Made by a program: the position numbers and the translations under genes. Below the pieces are notes generated by a model. That model saw nothing but the letters and a program-made list of their open reading frames with translations. It had not been told where the DNA came from and did no database searches. Shown here in pieces: positions 49,361 through 58,134 of a stretch of DNA of 64,000 nt (position 1 is the stretch's first letter; every line of letters starts with the position of its first letter). The DNA is from Fibrobacterota bacterium (GTDB taxonomy: Bacteria; Fibrobacterota; Fibrobacteria; UBA11236). The DNA lies in assembly GCA_028287465.1 (NCBI GenBank), contig JAQBPO010000018.1, positions 31,857-95,856 of the forward strand, read 5' to 3'.

Positions 49361-50226
49361 AACCGTTCTGGAAAATCGCCCATCGCGGCTGGCATAAGAT
49401 CCACATCGAGAACACCCTCGAGGCATTCCGCGCGGCCTATGCGGCGGGCTGCCACATGGTCGAGTTCGACGTGCAACTCAGCCGGGACGGGGTTCCCCTG
49501 GTCTTCCATGACGACGATTGCAAGCGCCTGGCCGGCAGGCGCGAAAACATATTCGATATGGAATGGAAGGATATCCGGGCCTTGAACATGAAGGGGACGG
49601 GAAAGGCCGGCGGCCTGCCCTCCTACCGGATCCCGAGCCTGGAGGAATTCCTTCAAGAGTTCGGCCGTAAACCGTTCTACCTGGAATTGAAGATCCCGAA
49701 AGCGGTGGAGAAGAATCGCAACTACGTGGAAATGCTCGGCGACAAGTGCGCGAAGATGGTTCTGGACTCCGGGGCCCATCCGGATACCTTCCTGGCCAGT
49801 TTCCACGGGGGCATATTGCGCTACTTGGCCGGGGAAAAGGCTTTCCCCGTCCTGGGCGGCATCTTCGAAAGATACGATCGCTTCGAAGAGGTCCACTCCG
49901 GCAAGGATGCGGAGACGGCCGTCGCCATCCGGCATTTTTCCGTTTCCTGGGACATCTTCCGGAAATACGTGCGCGAAAGCGCGGCCGCTTCCGAACGCAT
50001 CGCCCGCCATGCCCCGATCAAGCCTTCGGAACTGGATCTTCTGACCCGGAAGGCGACCGGGGTTCCGGGCGCCGAATTGTTCCTGATCTGGGACATCAAC
50101 GGCGAAAAGGAATTCCGCGCGGCCCTCACCCACGAGGTGCGGGGATTGGTCTCCGACGACGTGGAAACCCTGGTCAGGATCCAGTCAGAAAAGGCTGAAG
50201 AACGCCCGCCGCAGGTCCAGCAATAG
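49357..50226 (+). CDS. Glycerophosphodiester phosphodiesterase
   Basis: IAHRG, ENTLEAF, EFDVQLSRDG..VFHD, LELK. Confidence 0.9.
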   Translation: MKPFWKIAHRGWHKIHIENTLEAFRAAYAAGCHMVEFDVQLSRDGVPLVFHDDDCKRLAGRRENIFDMEWKDIRALNMKGTGKAGGLPSYRIPSLEEFLQEFGRKPFYLELKIPKAVEKNRNYVEMLGDKCAKMVLDSGAHPDTFLASFHGGILRYLAGEKAFPVLGGIFERYDRFEEVHSGKDAETAVAIRHFSVSWDIFRKYVRESAAASERIARHAPIKPSELDLLTRKATGVPGAELFLIWDINGEKEFRAALTHEVRGLVSDDVETLVRIQSEKAEERPPQVQQ

Positions 50227-51225
50227 CACTTGGCGCGAGGGCCGGATCACCAGCCGTCCGGTTTCCTGCAGGAATCCGGTGATGTCCTCGCCGTCCACCT
50301 GGCAGAACTCTCCGGCTCCGCCGGTGATTTCCACGCTGCGCGCCCGGTAAAGCCGCAGGTAACGCCCCATGAATTTCGCGAAGCGAGGCACCAGGCGGGT
50401 CACCCCGACCAGCAGGGAGAATTTCCACAGGCGATCGAAAACGGCGACTTCCAGGGTGCGGTCGTCGAACCGGGCGGTGGGGAAGACCCTGGCCCCCGCG
50501 GCGTAGGAATTGATATTGCCGATCACGCAGCAAAGGTTGCCGTCGAGATCGATACGCTCCCTTTCCTTTCCCTTGCCCACATCGATCACCAGGCTGCATT
50601 TCCCGGAGATGCGGTGAGCCGAACGGCTGGTGAACGCCTTGACGTAGAAGAGCTTGTTGAAAAGGGAGCCGGTGGGGATTTTCCCCGCCTTGCGGGCCAC
50701 GTCGAAATCGTGAAGCACGGCCGCGTCCATCCCCAGGCTCACGTACGAGGCCATGGTGAGCTTGCCGTTCAGATCCCAAAGGTCGAAGCGCGCGCAGTTG
50801 GCCCTGAGAAGCCGCTTCACGCAGGCCAGCAGGCCGCGTTCGTTGTAAATGCGGAAGATGCCCAGGGCGCGGCCCAGATCGTTGCCCGTGCCGAGGGGGA
50901 TAAGTCCGATTTCGGTGTCGCGCCGCAGTTCCTGCTGGCGCAGGCGGTTGAGGACGAAGCCGATGGTCCCGTCCCCGCCCACGGCGATCACCTTTCGGGC
51001 CGAGGCCAGCAGGGAATCCGTCTGTTGTTCCAATCGCGACGCTTCGGTGAGTTCGGCTTTCCATTCGCCCCGCTCGAAGCCGAAGGAGTCCATGATCTCG
51101 GGCAATTGGTGGAAGACGCGCTTGCCGACCCCGCCGCCGGAAATGGGATTGATCAGGAAGGCGATGGAGAGCCTCGTCGCCGTCGCGGGCGCTCCCGGCG
51201 GGGAGAGCATGGCTTCAGTCGGCAT
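50185..51225 (-). CDS. Diacylglycerol/lipid kinase family protein
   Basis: INPISGGG, VGGDGT, PLGTGNDL, QVDGE. Confidence 0.9.
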   Translation of the reverse strand: MPTEAMLSPPGAPATATRLSIAFLINPISGGGVGKRVFHQLPEIMDSFGFERGEWKAELTEASRLEQQTDSLLASARKVIAVGGDGTIGFVLNRLRQQELRRDTEIGLIPLGTGNDLGRALGIFRIYNERGLLACVKRLLRANCARFDLWDLNGKLTMASYVSLGMDAAVLHDFDVARKAGKIPTGSLFNKLFYVKAFTSRSAHRISGKCSLVIDVGKGKERERIDLDGNLCCVIGNINSYAAGARVFPTARFDDRTLEVAVFDRLWKFSLLVGVTRLVPRFAKFMGRYLRLYRARSVEITGGAGEFCQVDGEDITGFLQETGRLVIRPSRQVLLLDLRRAFFSLF

Positions 51226-51814
51226 TGAACCAACGGGATATGCGGAGCAGGATGAAATCCTTAAGGCGGGTGAAATACTCGCGGGAAGGGATGCTGTCCG
51301 GGCCCGGATCCTCGGTCGCGACGAGACCCGAGGCATCGAAACCCATGGTCTGCGCGATATACAGGGCGCGGGGGAGATGGTATTCCTGGCTCACGATCAG
51401 GATCCTGCGCATGCCGGAACCCCGCCGGAAGTTCAGCAGGGTAACGTAGGTGGAACGGCCCTTCTCGTCCACCAGGATGTCCGCGACGGGAATGGCGTTG
51501 CGCTTCGCGAATTCGAGCATGGCCACGGTCTCGTTGTACCCTCCCGGGATGGCATGCCCGGAAAGGAAGAGCTTGACGCCGGCATGGAGCGCCAGGTATT
51601 TCAAGGCGCCGTCCATTCTCTGTTGCAGGACCGGAGACAGCTTTCCCGAACGATAGACGCTGGCCCCGGGGACGATGACCGCGTCCACCAGGGGGACGGC
51701 GGCCGGGTCCACGAACATGCGCGACTTTGCCTTGACCACGACATAGGCGTTTATGATCCAGGCGCACAGGATCAGGACGAGCGCCAGGACCCCCGCTGTT
51801 TTCAGCCAGGCCAT
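51215..51814 (-). CDS. SanA/YdcF/ElyC (DUF218) protein
   Basis: IVPGA, FLSG, YNET.AM, VSQEYHLPRA, REYF; start at MAWLK. Confidence 0.85.
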   Translation of the reverse strand: MAWLKTAGVLALVLILCAWIINAYVVVKAKSRMFVDPAAVPLVDAVIVPGASVYRSGKLSPVLQQRMDGALKYLALHAGVKLFLSGHAIPGGYNETVAMLEFAKRNAIPVADILVDEKGRSTYVTLLNFRRGSGMRRILIVSQEYHLPRALYIAQTMGFDASGLVATEDPGPDSIPSREYFTRLKDFILLRISRWFNAD

Positions 51815-52323
51815 GTGCGGGCATCCAGGTAGACGTCCTTGACGTGGACGTACTTCTCCGCCAATTTCGCAAGGCCGGAGATTTCCTCCGCGGTGAGCCT
51901 GCGCGTCACCCGGGCGGGATTCCCCATGATCAGGGAACCGGCCTCGAAGGACTTCCCCTTGGGAAGCAGGCTGCCGGCCGCGATCAGGCAATCTTCCCCG
52001 ACGCGGGTCCCGTCCATGATGATGCTGCCCATGCCGACGAGGACACGATCGCCGATGGAACAGGCGTGGATGGTGCATCCATGGCCGATGGAAACGTCGG
52101 CGCCGATGGTGGTGCCGAGATCGCTCGCCACGTGGACCGTGGTATGGTCCTGGATATTGGAGCGGGCACCGACGGTGATGGTATTGATGTCCGCGCGGAG
52201 GACGCATTGGAAGAAAACGGAGGAATCCTCTTCCAGGCGGACCTGGCCGATGATGTCCGCGCTGGGGGCCAGGAAGACCCTTGGCCCCAGATCGGGTCGC
52301 TTATCGCCGAATGACAGTATCAA
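51802..52323 (-). CDS. Gamma carbonic anhydrase family protein
   Basis: Hexapeptide repeats, SNIQD..VH, IGHGC.IHAC. Confidence 0.92.
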   Translation of the reverse strand: MILSFGDKRPDLGPRVFLAPSADIIGQVRLEEDSSVFFQCVLRADINTITVGARSNIQDHTTVHVASDLGTTIGADVSIGHGCTIHACSIGDRVLVGMGSIIMDGTRVGEDCLIAAGSLLPKGKSFEAGSLIMGNPARVTRRLTAEEISGLAKLAEKYVHVKDVYLDARTWPG

Positions 52324-52399
52324 GGCGCCCCGTTCGGAATCCGCCCCGACCGGGGCGGCGCTCGGTTTTACTTCCGGTCTCCGCTTTTCCGGAGGGCCG

Positions 52400-52840
52400 T
52401 TACTTCAGGTAGGAGAAGGCAGGATAGGAAACGAGTTCGGTCTTTTCGAACCAGTACGCGATTTCACGGGCGGCGCTTTCGGCCGAATCCGACGAATGGA
52501 CGATGTTCTCGCCGGTATTCGGCGCGAAATCGTGGCGGATGGTGCCGGGTGAGGCGTTCGCCGGGTTGGTGGCGCCATTGATGGTGCGGACCTTTTCCAC
52601 GGCCTTTTCGCCGGAAAGGGCGATCAGGATGACGGGGCCGGAGGTCATGAAGCCGACGAGCTCCCCGAAAAAGCCCCGTTCCTTGTGTTCCGCGTAGAAG
52701 CCTTCGGCTTCCGCCTTCGTGAGGGATTTGGCCTTGAGACCGGAAACGGAGAGGCGGGACATCTCGAATCGGGAGATGATTTCCCCGATGATGCCGCCTT
52801 TTACGCCGTTGGGTTTGATGATGACGAGGGTTGATTCCAT
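52400..52840 (-). CDS. ndk: Nucleoside diphosphate kinase
   Basis: TLVIIKP, FYAEH, GATNP, PGTIR, NIVHSSDS. Confidence 0.96.
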   Translation of the reverse strand: MESTLVIIKPNGVKGGIIGEIISRFEMSRLSVSGLKAKSLTKAEAEGFYAEHKERGFFGELVGFMTSGPVILIALSGEKAVEKVRTINGATNPANASPGTIRHDFAPNTGENIVHSSDSAESAAREIAYWFEKTELVSYPAFSYLK

Positions 52841-53044
52841 GATGATACCGGATTCCTTGGTTTGGCAACAAAGTAATAAATCCCCGTGAAATTGGAAATT
52901 TCGGCTTTCCCGGTGGATGGCGGCGGGGACCATCGAGGCATGGTGGTGCGCGGCGGCACGTCACCCAAAGGTTTCCCGTAAGCTTTTAAATAGCGGAGGA
53001 TGTCACTATATTAGAGCTGCCCCGGATGCTTTGGTCCTGGGCAT

Positions 53045-53120
53045 GCGGATTTAGCTCAGTTGGTAGAGCTTTTGCTTCCCAAGCAAAGGGTCGCGGGTTC
53101 GAGTCCCGCAATCCGCTCCA
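53045..53120 (+). tRNA. tRNA-Gly (CCC), the integration target
   Basis: GCGGATTTAGCTCAGTTGGTAGAGC-TTTTGC-TTCCCAA-GCAAAG...GGTTCGAGTCC...ATCCGCTCCA. Confidence 0.97.
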
Positions 53121-53121
53121 T
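53069..53121 (+). repeat. attL core (53 bp)
   Basis: cttttgcttcccaagcaaagggtcgcgggttcgagtcccgcaatccgctccat. Confidence 0.95.
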
Positions 53122-53133
53122 TCTTCCTCTCCC

Positions 53134-53169
53134 CAAACCCCTGATTTCATTGAGTAAATCAGGGGTTTG
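53134..53169 (+). terminator. Element-supplied hairpin after the tRNA
   Basis: caaacccctgattt...aaatcaggggtttg. Confidence 0.7.
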
Positions 53170-53539
53170 CGGGGGACTTCGAAATTCCCAGCCTCTTCGA
53201 TAATACCCCTGAATACCCCCGCGTACACCGGGGGGTGCGTACGCTCCGCGTACACTTGGATCCTTCCTTCCCATTAACCCGGGCGGCTTGGGCAGGCTCC
53301 CGAATGATTTCCAGCACTGCGGACTTCCTGTCCGTCGCCTGTCCAGCTATTGCCCAAAGGGGATAGTGTCCAAATTTGACTCAATGGGCTTTAGATTTAG
53401 CCTTCGGACTCAGAAACGATTGCAGACTGGACCGCTTTTCAGTGCAAGCCCACAGGCGGCAATTCTAAGATGGTAAAGTTCCGGGCGTACTTGCCATCCT
53501 CTCCGTCTGCATGGCTCCAGGCGTTGTATTTCTTGACTT

Positions 53540-53734
53540 AGGGATGCGCTTGCAATCCAAGTCATACATTTCCTAATCCATGATCTTTGTGCAAGACTCG
53601 CCAACCCGGCCGCCCAGGCGCATGGTGGTATCCAGATGAATCCCCGTCATGCGCTCGATGGAGCGGATTAAGCATCCTTCAGCCAGGAATGCGATGGCGG
53701 TAATTTACTTGCCTTTCGGGAGAACGTTGGACAT
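53540..53734 (-). pseudogene. IS1-family transposase N-terminal remnant
   Basis: Manual translation MSNVLPKGK*ITAIAFLAEGCLIRSIERMTGIHLDTTMRLGGRVGESCTKIMD*EMYDLDCKRI has two in-frame stops and is truncated before the DDE core. Confidence 0.75.
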
Positions 53735-53812
53735 GAGTAATCTCTTGTGTATGGACTTAGTGCAATACAATAAGTATGGTGCTGCAAGGAGTTTATGTAT
53801 TACATTTACTTT

Positions 53813-53983
53813 ATGGACAAGCCGATAAAGATGGGTCGCCCTAAACTTCCAAAGACCAGATCGGATATTTATCCAATTAGGCTCTTGCCGGAGGAAAGGG
53901 AGAAATACGAGGGGAAAGCAGCAAAGGCCAGCCTCTCTCTAGCTGAATGGATTCGGAATGCATTGCGAAATGCATCGAAATGA
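53813..53983 (+). CDS. Small ribbon-helix-helix/Arc-like regulator
   Basis: KMGRPKLP...IRL.PEE...Y...A....LSLAEWIR pattern. Confidence 0.7.
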   Translation: MDKPIKMGRPKLPKTRSDIYPIRLLPEEREKYEGKAAKASLSLAEWIRNALRNASK

Positions 53984-54006
53984 GGTATATTCTGTATTAC
54001 GAAAAG

Positions 54007-54078
54007 TGTGGACGCGGCGGGGATCAGACCCGCGAATCCCGGTGTAAATCCGAGGAAGCCTACGCCAATAGCGCACCC
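54007..54078 (-). ncRNA. Degenerate tRNA-like cloverleaf
   Basis: Acceptor GGGTGCG/CGCGTCC; anticodon arm CTCGG-ATTTACA-CCGGG; T arm GCGGG-TCTGATC-CCCGC; weak D arm. Confidence 0.55.
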
Positions 54079-54229
54079 ATACGATTCGTCTGACAGAAAC
54101 GGAAGCCCCGAGCAATCGGAGCCTCCTGGATAGTTTGAGCGTCGGACCCGGGATAGCAGCAGTTCGCGAGACGATAGCTACCCGGGTCCGTTCCATTGGT
54201 TTCCTTCTTTACTTGCCCTTCAGGTTCGC

Positions 54230-54703
54230 TCACCCTGAAGCCCCTGCTTTAATATCATCCCACACCTCCCTTCTGATTGAATAGCCTTCGACACCCACCC
54301 GATCAATAGTTTGAGTCCTATTTTTCAAGTGGGAAATTTTGTTCTCCAGGCGTTTTTTAAACCTAAGGTCATCTTTTTTAACCCAGCCTTTTTTAGCAAA
54401 CTCCTCGGCAAAATCCTTTGGAGTCATGGGCTTGTTTTTCTTCACCCAAAGCAGCCAGTAGATTCTACCGCGATCCGTAGTGGGAGGCTCATTTTCGATC
54501 AGCATCACACCGTCGATGCAGGGGTTTGCGGCAATGGCTGAGAGGAAATCCACTTGCGGCTTGATGGGTGTATACGATGTGTCGAAGATTCGATTCACTT
54601 CGATCAGTTTTTGCAGCTTAGGCAAAACGCGAGGCATCAATTCAGACAGCGCCTTCATGTGATAAAAGGCTCTTTCGATATCCGATGTTCCTGATTGGCT
54701 CAT
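54230..54703 (-). CDS. Hypothetical protein with C-terminal winged-helix-like domain
   Basis: PMTPKDFAEEFAKKG...LENKISHLK...IDRVGVEGYSI pattern. Confidence 0.6.
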   Translation of the reverse strand: MSQSGTSDIERAFYHMKALSELMPRVLPKLQKLIEVNRIFDTSYTPIKPQVDFLSAIAANPCIDGVMLIENEPPTTDRGRIYWLLWVKKNKPMTPKDFAEEFAKKGWVKKDDLRFKKRLENKISHLKNRTQTIDRVGVEGYSIRREVWDDIKAGASG

Positions 54704-55137
54704 GCTTTTTCCTTGCACTCAAATATACTTTAAAACCCCACCCCCATGGGGGTGATTCGTGTGCAGTACCCAAGCAGGCGGTAATTTGCCTTAAAAGTCA
54801 TATTTAGGTCTTTTTCGGGGAGCGTGGCACCCCTTTCTGGATTGGGGGTGCCCATAGGATTTCCCTCCAAAAACTCAATTTCGCGCCCCCGCTTTGGGGG
54901 AAACTCTTGTGTTACTTACAAGCATCCGGACGGATGCCATTGAAATCCTGATATTTCGGCAATTTGAAATCAGGACACTACCCCAAAGGGTATCGTGGAT
55001 TGGGTGGGGCTGGAAAAAACGTATTTTTGGGAAGGGATAGGCTCCTACTCGCTGGCCAGCGAGAACGGACGCCGAAAGGCCGCACTCCGAGCGGCCTTCC
55101 CTTTCCCCATCTCGGAGACGAAACCTCGGAGGGTTTT

Positions 55138-55665
55138 ATGGGCGAAGAAACCGAATTCTATGGAGAGCCAAAACCATGGCTGGATAAGTTTCCGGCCGAA
55201 GAGGCAATTCCCGCATCCGTTTTATGGGACCTTCTGCCGTATAACCGCGAAATAGGTCCCGCTTTGCGCGGGGATCCGATGCCCTCTGGAAAGTTGGAAA
55301 AAGCGTTATGGGAGGCGAAGCGAGAAAAGGACTTCCAGGAACTTTTAAAGCTCCGGGATCAAGGCACTCACGTTGAATCGGAGCGAATGCCAAAAATTCT
55401 TCAAGAAGATTCCAAAAGCAACAATGTCAGCGTATCATTCGGGGTGCGTCTCAAGGAAGTTAGAGCCAAGCATTCTCTTTCGAGGGAAGAACTCGTCCGA
55501 AAGATGAGGTTAGAATTCGGATCCAAGGCACCGAGCATAGGAGCCTTAAAAAAGATTGAAGCAGGAAGCGAACCATTGGAAAAAAATCGGCGTATGTATG
55601 AATGGGTTTTTGCGCTCCCCATAGCGAATAGATCAAATCGAATTCAGCAGGGTAGCCCAAAGTAA
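55138..55665 (+). CDS. Protein with C-terminal XRE-type HTH
   Basis: GGAGG RBS; FGVRLKEVRAKHSLSREEL...ALKKIEAG. Confidence 0.7.
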   Translation: MGEETEFYGEPKPWLDKFPAEEAIPASVLWDLLPYNREIGPALRGDPMPSGKLEKALWEAKREKDFQELLKLRDQGTHVESERMPKILQEDSKSNNVSVSFGVRLKEVRAKHSLSREELVRKMRLEFGSKAPSIGALKKIEAGSEPLEKNRRMYEWVFALPIANRSNRIQQGSPK

Positions 55666-55733
55666 CCCGACATAGCCCATTGCTTTCTCCCAACTCCTAG
55701 ATTCACCGTGACGGTATGCCTATCATAGGGGCA

Positions 55734-55856
55734 TGACACCCACCCGCATCAGCCAGCCACTCCCAAGATTGGAATCGCCGCCTCGCTACCATGCGGGTCG
55801 GGTTGTCAGCTTCACCATTGTGGTGGCGGCGGCGGTTCCATTCTTAGGGGTCGGCT
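55734..55856 (+). promoter_or_regulatory. Structured leader (crossing stems) upstream of the rep-like gene
   Basis: 55734-55749 pairs with 55791-55808; 55755-55790 pairs with 55821-55856. Confidence 0.6.
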
Positions 55857-56525
55857 ATGATTCCTAATTCAGGACAATATCCCCTAGACCCAGAAAACGC
55901 CAACTTCCCCGATGGCCCGGCCGAATTTATGCGCGGTTACAATGCCGCAGCGGAAGCCCAGGCGGCCCAAACAAAACCATTACGGCAGGCCATTACGCGG
56001 CCTTCAGGATTCTATCGACTCAATAGCGCGGAGTTTTCCGTGCATATCTACGATGCTTTGGCTGCGGGCGGCGTGGAAGCCGTTGGCCGGTTTGCGCTAA
56101 GCCTTGCGCGCGCCCTGGCTTTGGGAGACGCAACGGGATGTCCTCTGGCTGCATCAATGATTTCCGAGGCTGCGGACTTTTCGGAAAAAGCACGCAGGGC
56201 TGCAAACAAGCGTTGGGAAGCGGAAGAAGTGCGGGCGCAAAGTACTGCAATGCCCGGGCATACGAACGCATTGCCCACTCAATCCGAACCCAATGCTCAA
56301 GATATGCCATACAAGCAATCAGCCACCCAAGCACCCAAGCAAAAATCAATACTGCCTTTAGGTGAAAAGGATTCTCTCTCCGGTCTATCCAATGGTGGAA
56401 CTAGAGACAGCGTTCCCGCCCAAGGCTCAAAAACTCACCCGCCCAACTTGCGGGCATTGGCTTCACTTTTCGACCCGCGAGCCCGCCACGCAGGCCGAGA
56501 TTCAACCTCGGCGGAAAAGGAATAG
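55857..56525 (+). CDS. YdaU/DUF1376-like phage replication-initiator-type protein
   Basis: SEKARRAANKRW motif followed by a low-complexity A/M/P/Q linker, typical of phage replisome organisers. Confidence 0.55.
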   Translation: MIPNSGQYPLDPENANFPDGPAEFMRGYNAAAEAQAAQTKPLRQAITRPSGFYRLNSAEFSVHIYDALAAGGVEAVGRFALSLARALALGDATGCPLAASMISEAADFSEKARRAANKRWEAEEVRAQSTAMPGHTNALPTQSEPNAQDMPYKQSATQAPKQKSILPLGEKDSLSGLSNGGTRDSVPAQGSKTHPPNLRALASLFDPRARHAGRDSTSAEKE

Positions 56526-56527
56526 AA

Positions 56528-56803
56528 ATGCACGTTAAAAACCTTCTTAGAGTCCTCGATGCAGGAGGCCAAAGAAACTTGGCCGCTGAGATCCGGGGTA
56601 AACTGGAATCCTGGGGATTCGATGAAAACGACTATGGCGGGCCTTTTACAAATGACGGCATTTTGATTGATCCCGAAAAGCAATTCGAAGTAAAGGAAAG
56701 CCAGATCGCGGCGATCCCCTCAAATCCAGATCCTGATTTGTTACCGAGTCCGGAATCTATTCTAGACGGTGGAAGCCCGACTCATTATCAGGACCGTGAA
56801 TAA
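56528..56803 (+). CDS. Small hypothetical protein of the element
   Basis: Starts 2 nt after the upstream stop, with an AAGGA RBS. Confidence 0.6.
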   Translation: MHVKNLLRVLDAGGQRNLAAEIRGKLESWGFDENDYGGPFTNDGILIDPEKQFEVKESQIAAIPSNPDPDLLPSPESILDGGSPTHYQDRE

Positions 56804-56830
56804 CCATTTAACATTTTTGGAGGTTTTCAA

Positions 56831-57034
56831 ATGACAATAATCGATTTTTTGGCTCTAATGCTCCTCGATAGAAATCTCTCCATCGGCGTTGGAACCGTCT
56901 CATTTCAGCGCCACCTCCCCGGGGGCTCTCTTGCTGCCTGCCCTCCCAAAGAAGGCATGGCTGATTTCCTCACCCGAAACCCGGGTTTTACCCCGCCAGA
57001 GGAAATCACGGCCATCCTAGAAGGGGCCGACTGA
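56831..57034 (+). CDS. Small hypothetical protein of the element
   Basis: GGAGG RBS; stop overlaps the next start (TGATG). Confidence 0.6.
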   Translation: MTIIDFLALMLLDRNLSIGVGTVSFQRHLPGGSLAACPPKEGMADFLTRNPGFTPPEEITAILEGAD

Positions 57035-57240
57035 TGGACCTAAGGGAACCGCGCCTTATGCGCATCTTCGCGGCAATGATAAATATGGGCTGGACTCGCC
57101 ACCGGGAAGGCGCTTGGTGTCCTGGCATCCTTTCCAGAGACGGTAAGCGCTGGAAGTGCGCCAGGACCGATGGAGAAAAACAAGATGCAATAAACACGTT
57201 TCTAAATCGCTACCCGCACTTCTTGGTGAAGGGTTCCTGA
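57034..57240 (+). CDS. Small hypothetical protein of the element
   Basis: Translationally coupled on both sides. Confidence 0.6.
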   Translation: MDLREPRLMRIFAAMINMGWTRHREGAWCPGILSRDGKRWKCARTDGEKQDAINTFLNRYPHFLVKGS

Positions 57241-57243
57241 CCT

Positions 57244-57717
57244 ATGCCCCGCGCACTTTCAGGCCGCCGAGCCGCGTTTGTTGAAGCCTATACAGCTTCC
57301 GGCAATGCCTCGGTTGCTGCGCGGGCCGCTGGCTACAGCATGCGGAGCGCTTATTCCACCGGATCGCGTTTGCTGAGAAATGCTGAGATTCGAAACGCGA
57401 TTGCTGAAATCCGAGAGAGGGTGCTTGGGTCGATAGTGGCGGATGCAAAAATGGTATTGGCCGAACTATCCGCCTTGGCCCTGGCCGGGGAGGTTGCGGC
57501 CGATCCGCTAGCTGGGGCTCGCTTACGGGCTAAAGTACAGGCCCTAACGGTTCTAGCAAAACACCATGGGTTATTAGACGGCCCTAAAGGGGGTTCGATG
57601 GATCAGGAGCGTATCAACGCCAAGTTGGCCGAGGTTGCGGACCTTATCCAAGGGAGGGATGGAAGCAGCCGAATCGATGGAGGCTTAGGCGAGGTGGGCT
57701 ACAATGTCGCAGAGTAA
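57244..57717 (+). CDS. terS: Terminase small subunit (Terminase_2-like)
   Basis: LS.RRAAFVEAY...GNASVAARAAGYS..SA...GSRLLRN.EI...I...VLAEL..LA...K..AL..LAKHHGL pattern. Confidence 0.9.
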   Translation: MPRALSGRRAAFVEAYTASGNASVAARAAGYSMRSAYSTGSRLLRNAEIRNAIAEIRERVLGSIVADAKMVLAELSALALAGEVAADPLAGARLRAKVQALTVLAKHHGLLDGPKGGSMDQERINAKLAEVADLIQGRDGSSRIDGGLGEVGYNVAE

Positions 57718-58063
57718 TATGAGTGGTATTGACTCTTTGCCTAGCGAACAAAAGGGCTTGCCCCAAGGCGCAAAGGAAACGGGCGTTTTCTCACCTTTGC
57801 AGGCCGGGAGTACGCAGGATCGTACGCATGAGGCTGCTTATTTCACGGTTGAATCCCTGGCCGCCTATCTGGACGTTCCACGGCGTACCATCGAAAAATG
57901 GGCCATCGCGCGGCGTTTGCCGGGAATGGTAAAGGCGGGCCGCTTGCTTCGTTTCGAGCGAACGGCGATTGATCGGGCCGCGCTCTCCGGTGCCCTGCTA
58001 TTGCCCGCCACGCATAACCGTCGCGTTGCGCCCTCGGTGTTACAACGTTCCGGAAATCGATAG
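57704..58063 (+). CDS. xis: Excisionase-type HTH (HTH_17) protein
   Basis: YFTVESLAAYLDVPRRTIEKW...LPG.VKAGRLLRF; directly upstream of the integrase. Confidence 0.8.
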   Translation: MSQSNMSGIDSLPSEQKGLPQGAKETGVFSPLQAGSTQDRTHEAAYFTVESLAAYLDVPRRTIEKWAIARRLPGMVKAGRLLRFERTAIDRAALSGALLLPATHNRRVAPSVLQRSGNR

Positions 58064-58134
58064 ACAATGCACCCCGGCTCGCTTAGATTTATCCCTACCT
58101 GCCCGGGCCGTCCATTTGAGAAGGAATCTTCCAG

